From NCBI GenBank assembly GCA_024704765.1, contig JAKMXF010000029.1:1-64000 (forward strand): a DNA stretch of 64,000 bases. Reading direction: 5' to 3'. Below, piece by piece: positions 34,205 to 45,395 of the stretch. Below the pieces are notes generated by a model. The model searched no databases and was not told where the DNA came from. It was given only the letters and a program-made list of their open reading frames with translations. A program made the position numbers and the translations under genes. Position 1 is the first letter of the stretch. Each line of letters opens with the position of its first letter. This DNA comes from Oopsacas minuta. Lineage: Eukaryota > Animalia > Porifera.

Positions 34205-35788
34205 AGGTTCAAATAAATGCTAAGGATAAATTGGGACCAAAGATTAGTGTGACTATTTCAAGATGTTCACTTATCAGAGGTTTCACTAACGGACGTTTCA
34301 GTGAATAACAAAGACACGAATTTGTCAATTTTTGCAACCTCACAGTTAGTCACCGGAGTTCAGAATGAGTTGATATTCCAATGACAGAAACTTCCTAGAT
34401 CAGTATAGATAATTCCAAATGACATCTCTCTACGTGGACTGGCTGTATAATTATAACGTGTAAAGTGTGCTCGAATTTACGAAATTTTGAAATTTTGCAA
34501 AAAGACCCAATTTTACGTCGCCGTTATTTCATCAAGGTTTCAGAATGGGATGAAATTAAATTTACAGAAACCTCCTAGGCTAGTATTATCATATTCTAAA
34601 TGGCATCTCTCTAGGTCCACTAGTTCATTATTATAACTATGTGCTCGATTTTCCTAATATTTTCCCTTCTAACTTCCTACTCATGTTTTACCTTGACCCC
34701 ATGAGTTATAGTCTACCGCATCGATTTCTTCATTGTGCATTTCCAGAGCATTAAGTGCTCCCGTCCTGAAAAAGGATCGGGGCTCATACCTCTGCTCCTA
34801 ACTCAGAAAAGGCCACCTTCTTAATTCAATAATGAATACTGAATCGCCCGCTGCCAGTGCATGCATGACATTTGGATTACCCAGTAATGGGAAACTATTT
34901 ATTAAATTGGAGTGGCCTAAAGTAAACAAATAATCAAAACATTAAAATAATCGTCAAGACTTCCCCTTAACAGAGATATAGGGGTAACAGAGTATACTGA
35001 ATCCGAATTTAGCATTTCAATTGAATACTCATATGTAAATAATAGTTGTTCTTAGTAAAATTCGAGGCAGGAGTTACATGTGAAAACACTGTGTCCGCCG
35101 GCCGCGAAGCACAAGCAAGCGAAGCGGCTCGTTATGTACTTGAAATTGTAAAGTTATGCAATAGATTGTAAGGAAATACTAATTACTTTGTTCAAACTAA
35201 CTTATGAAACATTTTGCACCTCAAACTTTGATATATCATAATGGCATTGAGCTTTTATTAAATCTATACCTGATACCTTATATCCATTTAGCCAGTGAGA
35301 TAGATTGTTAGAAATGCATTATAATGAAAGAGGACTACCGATTGCAGCGCAGCGCAGCACGAGCAAGCGAAGCACACCTAGTATATTATTACAAAATTTG
35401 GTAAATTCATTGAAGAAAATATTTCATATAGGTGACTTTAATTCAAAGTGATTACGAATACACTACAGGAAAATTTGAATTCGAAATGTTTACAAAATCA
35501 ATGTTCTAATCCCTATGAAATGACAGTCATTTTAGCAGAAACGATCTTCATAGTTCATGCTGCATAAAATCACTTCGAAATTTTATGATGATTAATAAAT
35601 TGAATATTTATATTATCCGTATCTACCCTTATCAACTACACATAATACTACTAAACTACAAATATCCTGATAGTAAGGTATCCCTAAGTAGTAGTTATGA
35701 TTACTGATCAGTAAGCTAACGTAAGCAATAATAGGGTAAGCAAAGATTTGGCGTATTTAAATAGGCAAATAATTAACTACACAAGAAA

Positions 35789-36976
35789 ATGACCAAAAGC
35801 AGCGAAACAATTCCTCAAAAACCCTATGACAAGATATTTTTCTCTCTCACAAACAAAATTAGCAGTATTTTTGCCAGTATATTCTATCTCAATTTGATAC
35901 TTATTTTGATATTCTCCAGTTCATGGGCAATATATTTAATTCATAAATTGATGAAAGATGACAGAAAAGAGAAATTGAATTCTAAACTAGTTAACAGCCG
36001 ACCTGAACATGTGTGGCTCAATGAGATGCAAAATTATAGGACAAACAGAATAAAACATATTTTCCTCTTAGCTATATGTTTGAGTGAAATTGGAATGACA
36101 TTTTCAATAATTTCCCAGTTGATTTATAACGAAGTTTCAGAAATTTATTTCATTCAAAGCACTACAGGGTATGGGATGGAATATTTAGGGGATCAGCTAG
36201 TATATATTACAGGATATGTACATGCTTACGGTCAAATTGATAGTTTGGTAATGAATACAATCCCTCGTATAGCGCTTGCTGTAATCACAATATCTATCTA
36301 CTCTATAGCATTATTTGTTCGTATTCTAACACAGTTTATGGTATATCAATACAGTTATTTCAAATCACAACTGAATTTAAAGTTTGAGTTATATATCTCA
36401 CTTTCCTGTCTTATCGTCCTATTCATTATGGCAGTAGTACCACAACCACAACTAATAATGATGTGTAATATTTGTATTGTAATGGTGGTAATCTATGAAT
36501 ATGTCTTGCTTCTCATTGCAAATAGAAAATTGTGTCTTTTACTCAAACAACGGCTTTCTGATGCAATTCAACATGAAAACCAATCTAGAACTGTAATACT
36601 CTACTACAAAACAGTATACAATGATTATAAGAAAGGATCAATTGTTATGTTAATAGCATTCTTTGCTCAATATTTGGGTTTCTCCATCTACTGTATCAAT
36701 CCAGTTATTATAAAGATAGCTAAAGATTCAATCATTTTGACAGCTAATGAAGCTCTAACTCTCATAAAAATTGATTCGTATGCTACAAAATTAGAATTAT
36801 TTCCTTTAATACTTGGAACTAGCATACAGATATTGCTCTATTTGACTGTTTCTCTACGCAGGACATTTCGGAGCATTTATCATCGTATTAAGCTGAATAA
36901 CAATATTTCTTCTAACAGATCTTCTCTCAAACGTTTGATTGAAAGGAACAATGCAGCTTACAGAATGAAAATGTGA
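35789..36976 (+). CDS. Orphan 7-TM family member, subfamily A, intact and intronless (395 aa)
   Basis: Seven hydrophobic segments. Long stretches are identical to 21887-23068, and it shares that gene's 3' flank. Confidence 0.9.
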   Translation: MTKSSETIPQKPYDKIFFSLTNKISSIFASIFYLNLILILIFSSSWAIYLIHKLMKDDRKEKLNSKLVNSRPEHVWLNEMQNYRTNRIKHIFLLAICLSEIGMTFSIISQLIYNEVSEIYFIQSTTGYGMEYLGDQLVYITGYVHAYGQIDSLVMNTIPRIALAVITISIYSIALFVRILTQFMVYQYSYFKSQLNLKFELYISLSCLIVLFIMAVVPQPQLIMMCNICIVMVVIYEYVLLLIANRKLCLLLKQRLSDAIQHENQSRTVILYYKTVYNDYKKGSIVMLIAFFAQYLGFSIYCINPVIIKIAKDSIILTANEALTLIKIDSYATKLELFPLILGTSIQILLYLTVSLRRTFRSIYHRIKLNNNISSNRSSLKRLIERNNAAYRMKM

Positions 36977-37641
36977 ATTAATGATTGTATATTGCAGATA
37001 ATAATTGATTTACATTTGTATTATTATATTACAGGTTATATAATTCGTTGATTTATTCTAGATTAACCTCTCCGTATTATTATATACTATAGTCAATAGA
37101 TTTGTTATAACTATAATAGTATATTTATGAGTATTTATGTACACTGTATTATTAAATCAGAATGAATGTTTAATTATCTAATATCCTCACGAAAGAGACT
37201 AATTGGATGTAATCAAGTGTGTAGTAAGCCTTCTGCCACTGTCAGAGACCACGCTAGGCCCGAAGCTAGAGCATTTAGTGTTACAATTAGAATTCGAAAT
37301 CAACATTCAGAACCGATGTATTTCTTACTACACATCATTATTCCGCGAACAGGCGTCTTTGAATTTCAGCTAAGACTCGAATGTAATAATTATACATAAA
37401 CATCTAAAATAAGCTACGTAGTACTTGCATAATTTATTAATAGGTAAATATCCTTCATCAGTTAGGATAATATGATATTACAGCTAATCGTAATCTATAT
37501 TAATAATTCTGGCGAAGAATAAATGTTTGTAGTAAGATCCTTCAATGAATATTAAATATTTTGTAAAACTATATGCACAAAGTTAATCCATAAAACATAT
37601 ATAAAGGTTGGCATACGAATACAACTCTTAAGGTAAATGTA

Positions 37642-38769
37642 ATGGGGTCTGTGTTACATCATTTTAACTCTCCAAATATCGGAAAAGATATTATTTATAT
37701 ATTTCAGGTAATTACATCACTGTTATTTTCCGCAATTTTTGTATTAAATATAATTTGGTGTGGTTACTATTGCAATCACTGGCTGATTGTTAGAAAGAGA
37801 ATAAAATATTTGAAACAACAGACATGCGAAACGGAATTAGAAAAACTGCGAAACAGTAAAGTTGATTTTGTGAAGTCAACTTTCATTATTCTAATCTCAT
37901 TATGTGAGATAGTATCAATCTTAGTAATTCCAGTTACTATCCTAGCAAGGGATGCTGCAATTAGTCAGAATTTACGCGTTATGAACGGGGAAACTTCTTT
38001 ATCAAATTGTAGTGGAGAAAAATCACCAATTCTATTTCAAAATCACACTTATAGAATATTAATCTCGATTTCTGCTTATTCATTTATTAATATATTTTGG
38101 CTAATTATTGGACTCAATTCATACCTTTCAAAGGCATACAGCACAAGAAGGAACATTAAGTACTCAGAACCAATAGTTTGGGTAGGATTAACAGTAACTA
38201 CTGCATTATTATTAATCATAGCTTCTTACTGGAAAATTTTTATCATCTTCTTACCACTTACACCAATAATTCCTATTATACAATTTGTAGTCATGTATAA
38301 ATCAACGAGAAAGGTCTACGAAAATATCAGGCGAAGAACATCGGACTCATGGTTCGAGAATAGAGAAGATTTCATCCGGTTAGAGAGAATGGGAAAAGCT
38401 TACCTAAGTGGATCGAATGGAATATTAACTTTTCTTTTCTTGGCTATAGTAACCTCTTTGTATACAATATTTGCAGAATATTACAAATTGCTACTAACAT
38501 CAAATTCCGTTCTCAAGGAATCACTAAATACACGCTATAGTTTTGTAGAACTATGCTCGAGAAATTCACGGGTTTTTGAGTTGACCTTTACATTTAATGA
38601 ATTCATGAATATATTACTTCCATTCTTATGCAGTTTTATACTGTTTATCCTGCATCTGTTAATCTTGAAGGAATGTATTATAAGAATATTGAAGAGACGG
38701 AAATTATATAAATCAGCAGAAGGAAGATTTAATCATGAAATTTACCAACCATTGATTGGAGAGAAATAA
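37642..38769 (+). CDS. Orphan 7-TM protein, subfamily B, intronless (375 aa)
   Basis: Seven hydrophobic segments. Shares with subfamily A the W-x-x-Y at the end of TM1, L-[SC]-E-[IL] in TM2, and basic RRRTSD in the TM5-TM6 loop. Confidence 0.85.
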   Translation: MGSVLHHFNSPNIGKDIIYIFQVITSLLFSAIFVLNIIWCGYYCNHWLIVRKRIKYLKQQTCETELEKLRNSKVDFVKSTFIILISLCEIVSILVIPVTILARDAAISQNLRVMNGETSLSNCSGEKSPILFQNHTYRILISISAYSFINIFWLIIGLNSYLSKAYSTRRNIKYSEPIVWVGLTVTTALLLIIASYWKIFIIFLPLTPIIPIIQFVVMYKSTRKVYENIRRRTSDSWFENREDFIRLERMGKAYLSGSNGILTFLFLAIVTSLYTIFAEYYKLLLTSNSVLKESLNTRYSFVELCSRNSRVFELTFTFNEFMNILLPFLCSFILFILHLLILKECIIRILKRRKLYKSAEGRFNHEIYQPLIGEK

Positions 38770-38854
38770 CTATTACTATAATGTGTATTTTTGAATACAT
38801 ATTTCATATTAAGAAAAGTGTTTTCTCTGTGTTTGATAATTATCGCCTTGAAAT

Positions 38855-39420
38855 AATCTATATTATTAAATCCCAATGATTGTTTGTTTGTCTGTTTGTC
38901 AAGGAGAAGATTTACGGTATGCAATTTTGAAATTCTCGCACAACTATGTATTAATCGTGTTTATCAAGGAAGTAAATAAAATTCAATAAACTTCACTAAA
39001 TATATGAAACATGCTGAATCTGAATTTCACACTTTTGGATTAATCATATGTAAATTATTGTTTTTATGAATATAAAGTAAACAAATTAGCCAGATCTAAA
39101 AATACACGTACAGCCTTGCTCTAAACGGCTACCCAGGGGTAACTAAGTACGCTGAATCCGAATTTCGCATTTTCAAGTTTCTCATATGTAAATTTATTGT
39201 TGTTTTCATGAATATAAAGTAAAGAAATTTCAAAATTGAGGTAGAATCATACTTTCAACGACTATACTGGAGTAATCGAGTATGCTGAGTCCGAATATTG
39301 TAAACAACATCCAGATTATTAAATCTCAAGTGTTGTTTGTCTGTTTATTTGTCCATTGAATACCTCGAGGCGCAATGCGCCGAGTTCATCGCGAAGCGAC
39401 AAGCCAAAGGCTCGTATACT
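38855..39420 (+). mobile_element. Non-autonomous Helitron-like repeats (family B, with TTTGTC/TTTG microsatellite)
   Basis: 5' motif TCTATATTATTAAATCYCAA..TTGTTTGTCTGTTTGT recurs at about 14400-14445 (-), 17600-17645 (-), 20815-20875, 39310-39355, 40640-40690 (-) and 47200-47230. The GC-rich GCGAAGCG end lies at about 39370-39410. Composite, so boundaries are approximate. Confidence 0.55.
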
Positions 39421-39616
39421 TGTATATTCAAATAAGTTTGTTCGTAGTTAGGGCATTAATATCGTGCGATTATTGATCGCACGATGACATTGGAGATCTG
39501 CCTTTGACGATCGGAGGATGATCGCCCATCATTTTCCCCTAAAATTGGACTTTTTGTATAATTGACATTTCATATAGTGGATATCTCTTAATTTCGCAGT
39601 CCTTGGATAAGTGAAG

Positions 39617-39840
39617 CCAGGAATTAAGTCCATTCCTAATACTGGAATAGGTCTTAATTCCCAATCGGAGTCAATCAACTCTGTGAATTAAGGAATTAAG
39701 TCCAATCCCACACATTCCTAGAATATGACTTAATTCCTGGGTTGCCGTGAGAATGGGAATTCCCATATTGAAAAATCCATGGGAATTTCCACAGAAATCC
39801 TGTGGGATTGGGAATTGAAATTCCGTTCCTACGGCAATCA
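39617..39840. mobile_element. Two abutting small MITEs
   Basis: CCAGGAATTAAGTC...GACTTAATTCCTGG followed by TTGCCGTGAGAATGGGAATT...AATTCCGTTCCTACGGCAA. Confidence 0.6.
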
Positions 39841-40327
39841 TACTAAATTCCAATTCGCAGTTATTTAATTTCGTGACTTCAAGGTTTAAGCCTTATTTCA
39901 ATTCAGAATGAGATTGTGACTTTAAACATAAATCTCAAATCAAGTCAGTAATTTAACTCAACAAAGTCCACTATGACGTAATGGTAATCGTAATCATGCT
40001 TATTATAATAAATTGGTGATGTGTAGTTTGAAATTTAGGATATGCGAAAAATTCATAGAATTACACTGCAATAGTGCGTATTTATATCAATTACAATCAT
40101 CCAGATTGAAATTCATAATTTATATCTTACGTGCTGTGCAGCTTGAGAATAGTTCGTGTTCGGGTAGTGCTCGGCACTTCGTGCCTCGAATATATTCTAA
40201 GAACAACAAAAATTTATAATACGTTTTTGAAATAGCATATTTGGAATCAGCAACCCCGAAAACCCCAATGTAATTGTTTACCATACCTAAATCGCCAACA
40301 AAGGATATTTACTCCATAAATTATATA

Positions 40328-40411
40328 CAGTCGAGTCTCGTTAATACAAACACTGTTAAGGAGTACGAATTTTGTCAGTCCCCTGGTGTACGTATTAACG
40401 AGAATCTATTG
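40328..40411. mobile_element. pogo/Tigger-like MITE, 84 bp
   Basis: CAGTCGAGTCTCGTTAATAC ... GTATTAACGAGAATCTATTG, flanked by TA. Confidence 0.75.
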
Positions 40412-41032
40412 TATAGTATATCGATCTAGCAAAATCAACTTTTTTCATTTATTGATTTTGTAAAACAGTGTGTACAACTAATCAACAAAAAGCAGATCCC
40501 CAGACATCTATAAGCCTATAGAATGCTCTTTCTAACATCAACTACAAATTACAAACACACTGGACCTCTCTATAGAGTCTTACGAATCGACATTTGACGA
40601 ATTCGACATAGCATTCCATTTCCCTTTTACTTTAATACAAATCGGACGAACTAACAAACAAACACCAATTGAGTTTTAATAATAGATATAGACTTAGTTA
40701 TTTTATTGACTTTGCAGCTGTACTATCATTGTAATTGTAATCCTAATCGTGGTCAATTAAAAGTAATTGGGCCCAACCTTGGAGCGAAACAGTTTTGTCT
40801 TGGCATCTTGGTTGTTCAATGAAATGCATGTCTATGATAAAAGATGATGAATTGATCATAATTTATTTTGCAAATATTAGATACAACACTAATTAGTCTC
40901 ATTCAAAGATAGAATACAAACTATTACTTAAGTAATTACATCAATTTAACGATATCGTTGGAAAGAAATACAAAATACGTAATACAGTTTTGTTCGTATT
41001 AATACCATGCTTTAAATACATATCTTAACCTA

Positions 41033-42115
41033 TCAATTTACTAGAGGTTCCAGCATTAATCTCCCGGAGAAAGATCTCTCAATATGGTACCTATGAGCAT
41101 AACGATATTCGAACAGAATCTTATTACAGAAGTATACCAGAGAGTAGATTATGAGAGTAGGTACGAACATGAGAAGTGTGCAGAAAAGGAATGATAGAAT
41201 TAGATAGAACATGATGGTTACAGTGATATTGAAGGCAGGGGATTTGATAACGGTGCTATTCCCTAGGTATGTATGTTCTAGAATGCAAGGCTCAGTTACC
41301 AGAGACAAGGGTAGATAAATGAAGAATCCTGATAGTATATAAAGTATCAGAGGAATACCACACAGTATAAACCAAATTATGAATCTTTTGAATTGTTTAG
41401 TACTGTGAATGAACTCTTTTGTTGTAGAATCATCTTCTCCATTCATATACTTTAAATCATCGCATTTCATCCGTAGAATAATAAATAAACGATTTGTATT
41501 CATAACCAATCTTACATACATTATTAGCATTATCGTAATACTTATGATATGTGCTAGTATGGTGCCTACCCCTGATAATGTCAATACAACTATGAGTACT
41601 GAGAATTTTATTACCTGTTTCACCTGATATCTCAGTTTGTGTTCTTGATTGCTGGTCGAGTAAAATCGAATATGGTAGCGAACTAGGATGTCTAGAAGTA
41701 GTAAAGTTAGAGTATAGCAATACACGGATAGGACATTACCAATGACTACATGTGAATACAACCTGGCAATCCTGTAGAATATCGCGCAATTCACAGAGAT
41801 ATACGAGTCAACTAATCGCCAAAGTATGTCTCCAGCAAAATGCAATGACCCTATCATAAGTTCACTCAATGTTATGCCCATGAATATCTTTAACCTTCTG
41901 TCATCGTGTCTGTAATTCTTTAGGATGTTAACAGAGTCTGAAATATCATCTGAAACATATACCCTCTCCAATGTGCTCATTTTCTTTCTCAAATCACGGA
42001 TTTTAATATACAAATAGCCTAGCCATGGAATCTGCATTATTACTTGGAATACAATTAATATACTCGCAATAAAGTAACCTATTTTGTATGCTTCAGGGTA
42101 GAGAGGAAAATCCAT
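41033..42115 (-). CDS. Orphan 7-TM protein, subfamily C, intronless (360 aa)
   Basis: About seven hydrophobic segments. Motifs PWLGY (TM1 end), ITLSEL (TM2), LRMKCDD (TM5-TM6 loop) and C-terminal PLV match subfamilies A and B. Confidence 0.85.
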   Translation of the reverse strand: MDFPLYPEAYKIGYFIASILIVFQVIMQIPWLGYLYIKIRDLRKKMSTLERVYVSDDISDSVNILKNYRHDDRRLKIFMGITLSELMIGSLHFAGDILWRLVDSYISVNCAIFYRIARLYSHVVIGNVLSVYCYTLTLLLLDILVRYHIRFYSTSNQEHKLRYQVKQVIKFSVLIVVLTLSGVGTILAHIISITIMLIMYVRLVMNTNRLFIILRMKCDDLKYMNGEDDSTTKEFIHSTKQFKRFIIWFILCGIPLILYILSGFFIYLPLSLVTEPCILEHTYLGNSTVIKSPAFNITVTIMFYLILSFLFCTLLMFVPTLIIYSLVYFCNKILFEYRYAHRYHIERSFSGRLMLEPLVN

Positions 42116-42936
42116 TATTTCGACAACTAAATCAAATATCGTTAAAACATCATTTTATATATACTGAGAAAGTCTTGCAGGGCAAGTAATAATTAGATTA
42201 TTAGAAACTATAATTAGATTATCTTGCTCTACTCATGTAATTATGCAAATCTTCTGCAATCTAACATAATCTGAGCCATCAAAATGTAGGCTATGATTGC
42301 TATCTGATATTCTTGTCATTATATACTGGATAATGTTACATATACAATTATTGAGGATATCAGTAGAAGATAATGTGAAATAATTACAGAAATCAGAATC
42401 TCAAATGGTTACTCTTCTATCAATGTTATGTCACGAGAGATTTCCTAACAAATTTCTATAAAGTGAGAATTTACTTTGTGATATTGATTAGTATTAAAAT
42501 GTGTAGATGTTCTTTTCGGAAATACTACAAATATCTCAAAGAGTGACAAATTGCATCTTGTAGAAGAAATATATACTACGTAACTTATAAACTACACCAA
42601 GCTATAGGGGAAGTGGACATTACATATACATATAAGTAAATATATACTCAGTTGCCCGTACGTGGGTAACAAAGAAAAGTATTAAAAATAGAGGTCGGAA
42701 TTCTGATATAGTAGAAGTTCGGTTAAGGCATACTTCTTCTTTCAAACCAATAATTTAGTTCCCATTCATTATAATGCTATGTAGTAATTCATATGTAGTA
42801 ATTGATGTTTCCCAGAAGGGTACGACTTGTCTGAATTCTACTTTATTTCATTCAATAAACACATTAAAATCGCCAAAAGTCATCTATCAACCTTTTAAAC
42901 CACCGAAAATCTCATTTGTTCATAAACACTTCATAC

Positions 42937-44208
42937 TCCTGGAACTTGGGTCCATTGTGTTTTCTTGATACCTCCTAATCCGATATAGTTAGCTACCAAA
43001 ATGTGTTATAATTGGATAGGAAGTCATTTAATTGGAGTCGATTGGTCATATTTCTTTACCCAAAGATTTATGCAATTTGAGTTATGTGGTTTTCCCACCT
43101 TTCCATATTATGATGATTAAGTCAAAATACCGCTTCTAATATGGGCTAGACATGTCTAAATTCACGCTAAATTGTGAATTTTAGACCAGGGATGTTGTCA
43201 TCGGCCGAGGTATTTATATGGGGTTTCGGTATTGCAGAAATGGTGCATCTTTTCATGAATAAATGTATTGCACATTCGTAGAACAACAAGTTATCAAACG
43301 TTATATGCTAAAAAATTTCATGAATGTGCCAAAATATTTGTCTAGTAAGCATTTAATTTGGTAAAATACGCCATTGTTTGATGGCTCGTATTACATTAAA
43401 TATTGCATCTTTCATTTTCGAATTGACGTATGGAATGATCTGTATAAATTTTATACAAAATATGAAAAAATTGTCTCATTTTAAGTTACAGTAGGGACCA
43501 TGGATGACATATTTTCATGAATATCTATAACCCAATAAATCGTGAAAGTTATTGTCAAATAAGTATGGCCTATGTATAGTATATACCCGACTTCCCATAC
43601 CCTTGTAATACATTTTGATATGATAACTCTAATCAATGTGGTGTAATCGTGAATATACACACATATGGTCACTTTAAGACCACGCAATATGCTTAAGAGA
43701 TGTCATATCAAATAGCATATTCTACCAAATTAAATGCTTAGTAGACAAATTTTTGGCGCATTCCTGAAATTTTTAGCATATAGCGGTTGATAATTTGTTG
43801 TTCTACAAATGTGTAATACATTTATCAGCAATACAGAACCCCATATAAATACCTCGGCCGACAACAAAATCCCTAGTCTAAAATTCACAATTTAGCGTGA
43901 GGTCTTATGTAGAGTTGACTATGAAGTAAGGAAATCTGATTGAATGAGTCGTTACCAAGGGATCCCCATTATACGTATAAAACAATTTTATCATGTCTAG
44001 CTCATATTGGAAGCAGTATTCGACTTAATCGACATTATATGGAAAGGTGTGAAAACCAAATAACCCACATTCCACAAATATTTTGTTAAGGTAATATGAT
44101 CAATTGACTCCCATCCTATCACTTCCTATCCAATAATAACACATTTTGGTAGTCTACTATATCGGATTAGGAGATATCAAGAAAACACAATGAACCAAAG
44201 CTACAGGA
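42937..44208. repeat. Large imperfect inverted repeat (foldback) with arms of about 430 bp
   Basis: About 42937-43370 is the reverse complement of about 43715-44208 (e.g. TCGGCCGAGGTATTTATATGGGGTT / AACCCCATATAAATACCTCGGCCGA). The right arm carries an insertion of about 85 bp. Confidence 0.85.
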
Positions 44209-44765
44209 TCGAACAGGCAGCCCACAACCCTTTATTATAGTAGTATATGGGTCGATCTCAGAATAATCGGAGATATGCCCTTCTATATCAGTTTATGATA
44301 ACTGGTTAGCATATACTTATCACTGTAACTGATGATCAGTTCTTGTACTAATTGTAAGGAAGAATAAGAATACTTCTGTAAGCACGAATTAATTTTTGTT
44401 TCCCGAGAGGGTATATCCGTGTTCGACTGTATATTGGAATTTAATAGAACTAATGAACTTAATAGTAATATAATGGTAAATGAAAAATGCTTGGACCATT
44501 AGTATCCGGCCAGTGCCCGACCGACCGGACGGTACCTGGATCTAACGGTTTAGTCACAAAGAAAGGTATTAGATATCAAGTACATGCGAAGACAGCTCTA
44601 TTATAAGGATTATTTACTGAAAATGGTCAAATAATTTCAATCCTTTTGGAAAAATGGTGCCCAGGGGAGAGGTGCCCTTATCTCTGAGGTCAGAGGCTTG
44701 AGTGTATACTTAAATTAATTCAATGAACAATAACAAAATTAAATCATGCTATCAAACAGAAATAA

Positions 44766-45395
44766 TTAAAATACTTTGTTTCTCCCGCCATACAATAATT
44801 CATTTTTCTGTTCCAACAGGTAATAAAATATTCCTAAAAAGTTAGATCTTGGTTTTCTCTTGCTCATAGAGTTATTATTAGTTAAATCAATATCTTGTAA
44901 CGAATCCATAGTTTGATGTCCTGTTAGTGGCAAGCTGGTATCAGTTGTAGTGGCTGAGATAAAGAAAGTGAAAGGAGTGAGCCATAGACAGAATGTAAAG
45001 TAGGCTAGAATCTCAGAAAATGGACAGAAGTATTCTAAGAAGTAGTTATACGCTAGATAGTGTTGCAACACGAGTAATACAGTTCCCAATATAAAGAGTG
45101 GGTCAGTGAAAACAACGTAAGGGAAGTGTTTGATACATGCGTAATAGCACATGTGTAGCAGGACACCGTTAATTATGATTAGGTAAGGCATTCCGTCAAT
45201 AATCAGAGCTATGTTACAGACAACAGAAAATATTAGGAGGTAGCGTACGTAACGTCTTGACTTAGTGCTGTACTCCTCGATAATCTCTGCTAGGTAGTAC
45301 AAAGCAGCTGCTATGCCTAGGGTAATGAATAGAAGCTGAAAGAGAGAACCAGGCCAGCTGAGGAGATATAAGAATGTGTTGCTCTTGTATTTCAT
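44766..45395 (-). CDS. TEX261: TEX261 / Svp26 (Erv26 family) ER-Golgi membrane protein, intronless
   Basis: FLYLLSW...FITLGIAAALYYLAEIIEEY and DPLFILGTVLLVLQHYLAYNYF...F.EILAYFTFCLWLTPFTFFIS match the family as I recall it. Confidence 0.93.
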   Translation of the reverse strand: MKYKSNTFLYLLSWPGSLFQLLFITLGIAAALYYLAEIIEEYSTKSRRYVRYLLIFSVVCNIALIIDGMPYLIIINGVLLHMCYYACIKHFPYVVFTDPLFILGTVLLVLQHYLAYNYFLEYFCPFSEILAYFTFCLWLTPFTFFISATTTDTSLPLTGHQTMDSLQDIDLTNNNSMSKRKPRSNFLGIFYYLLEQKNELLYGGRNKVF

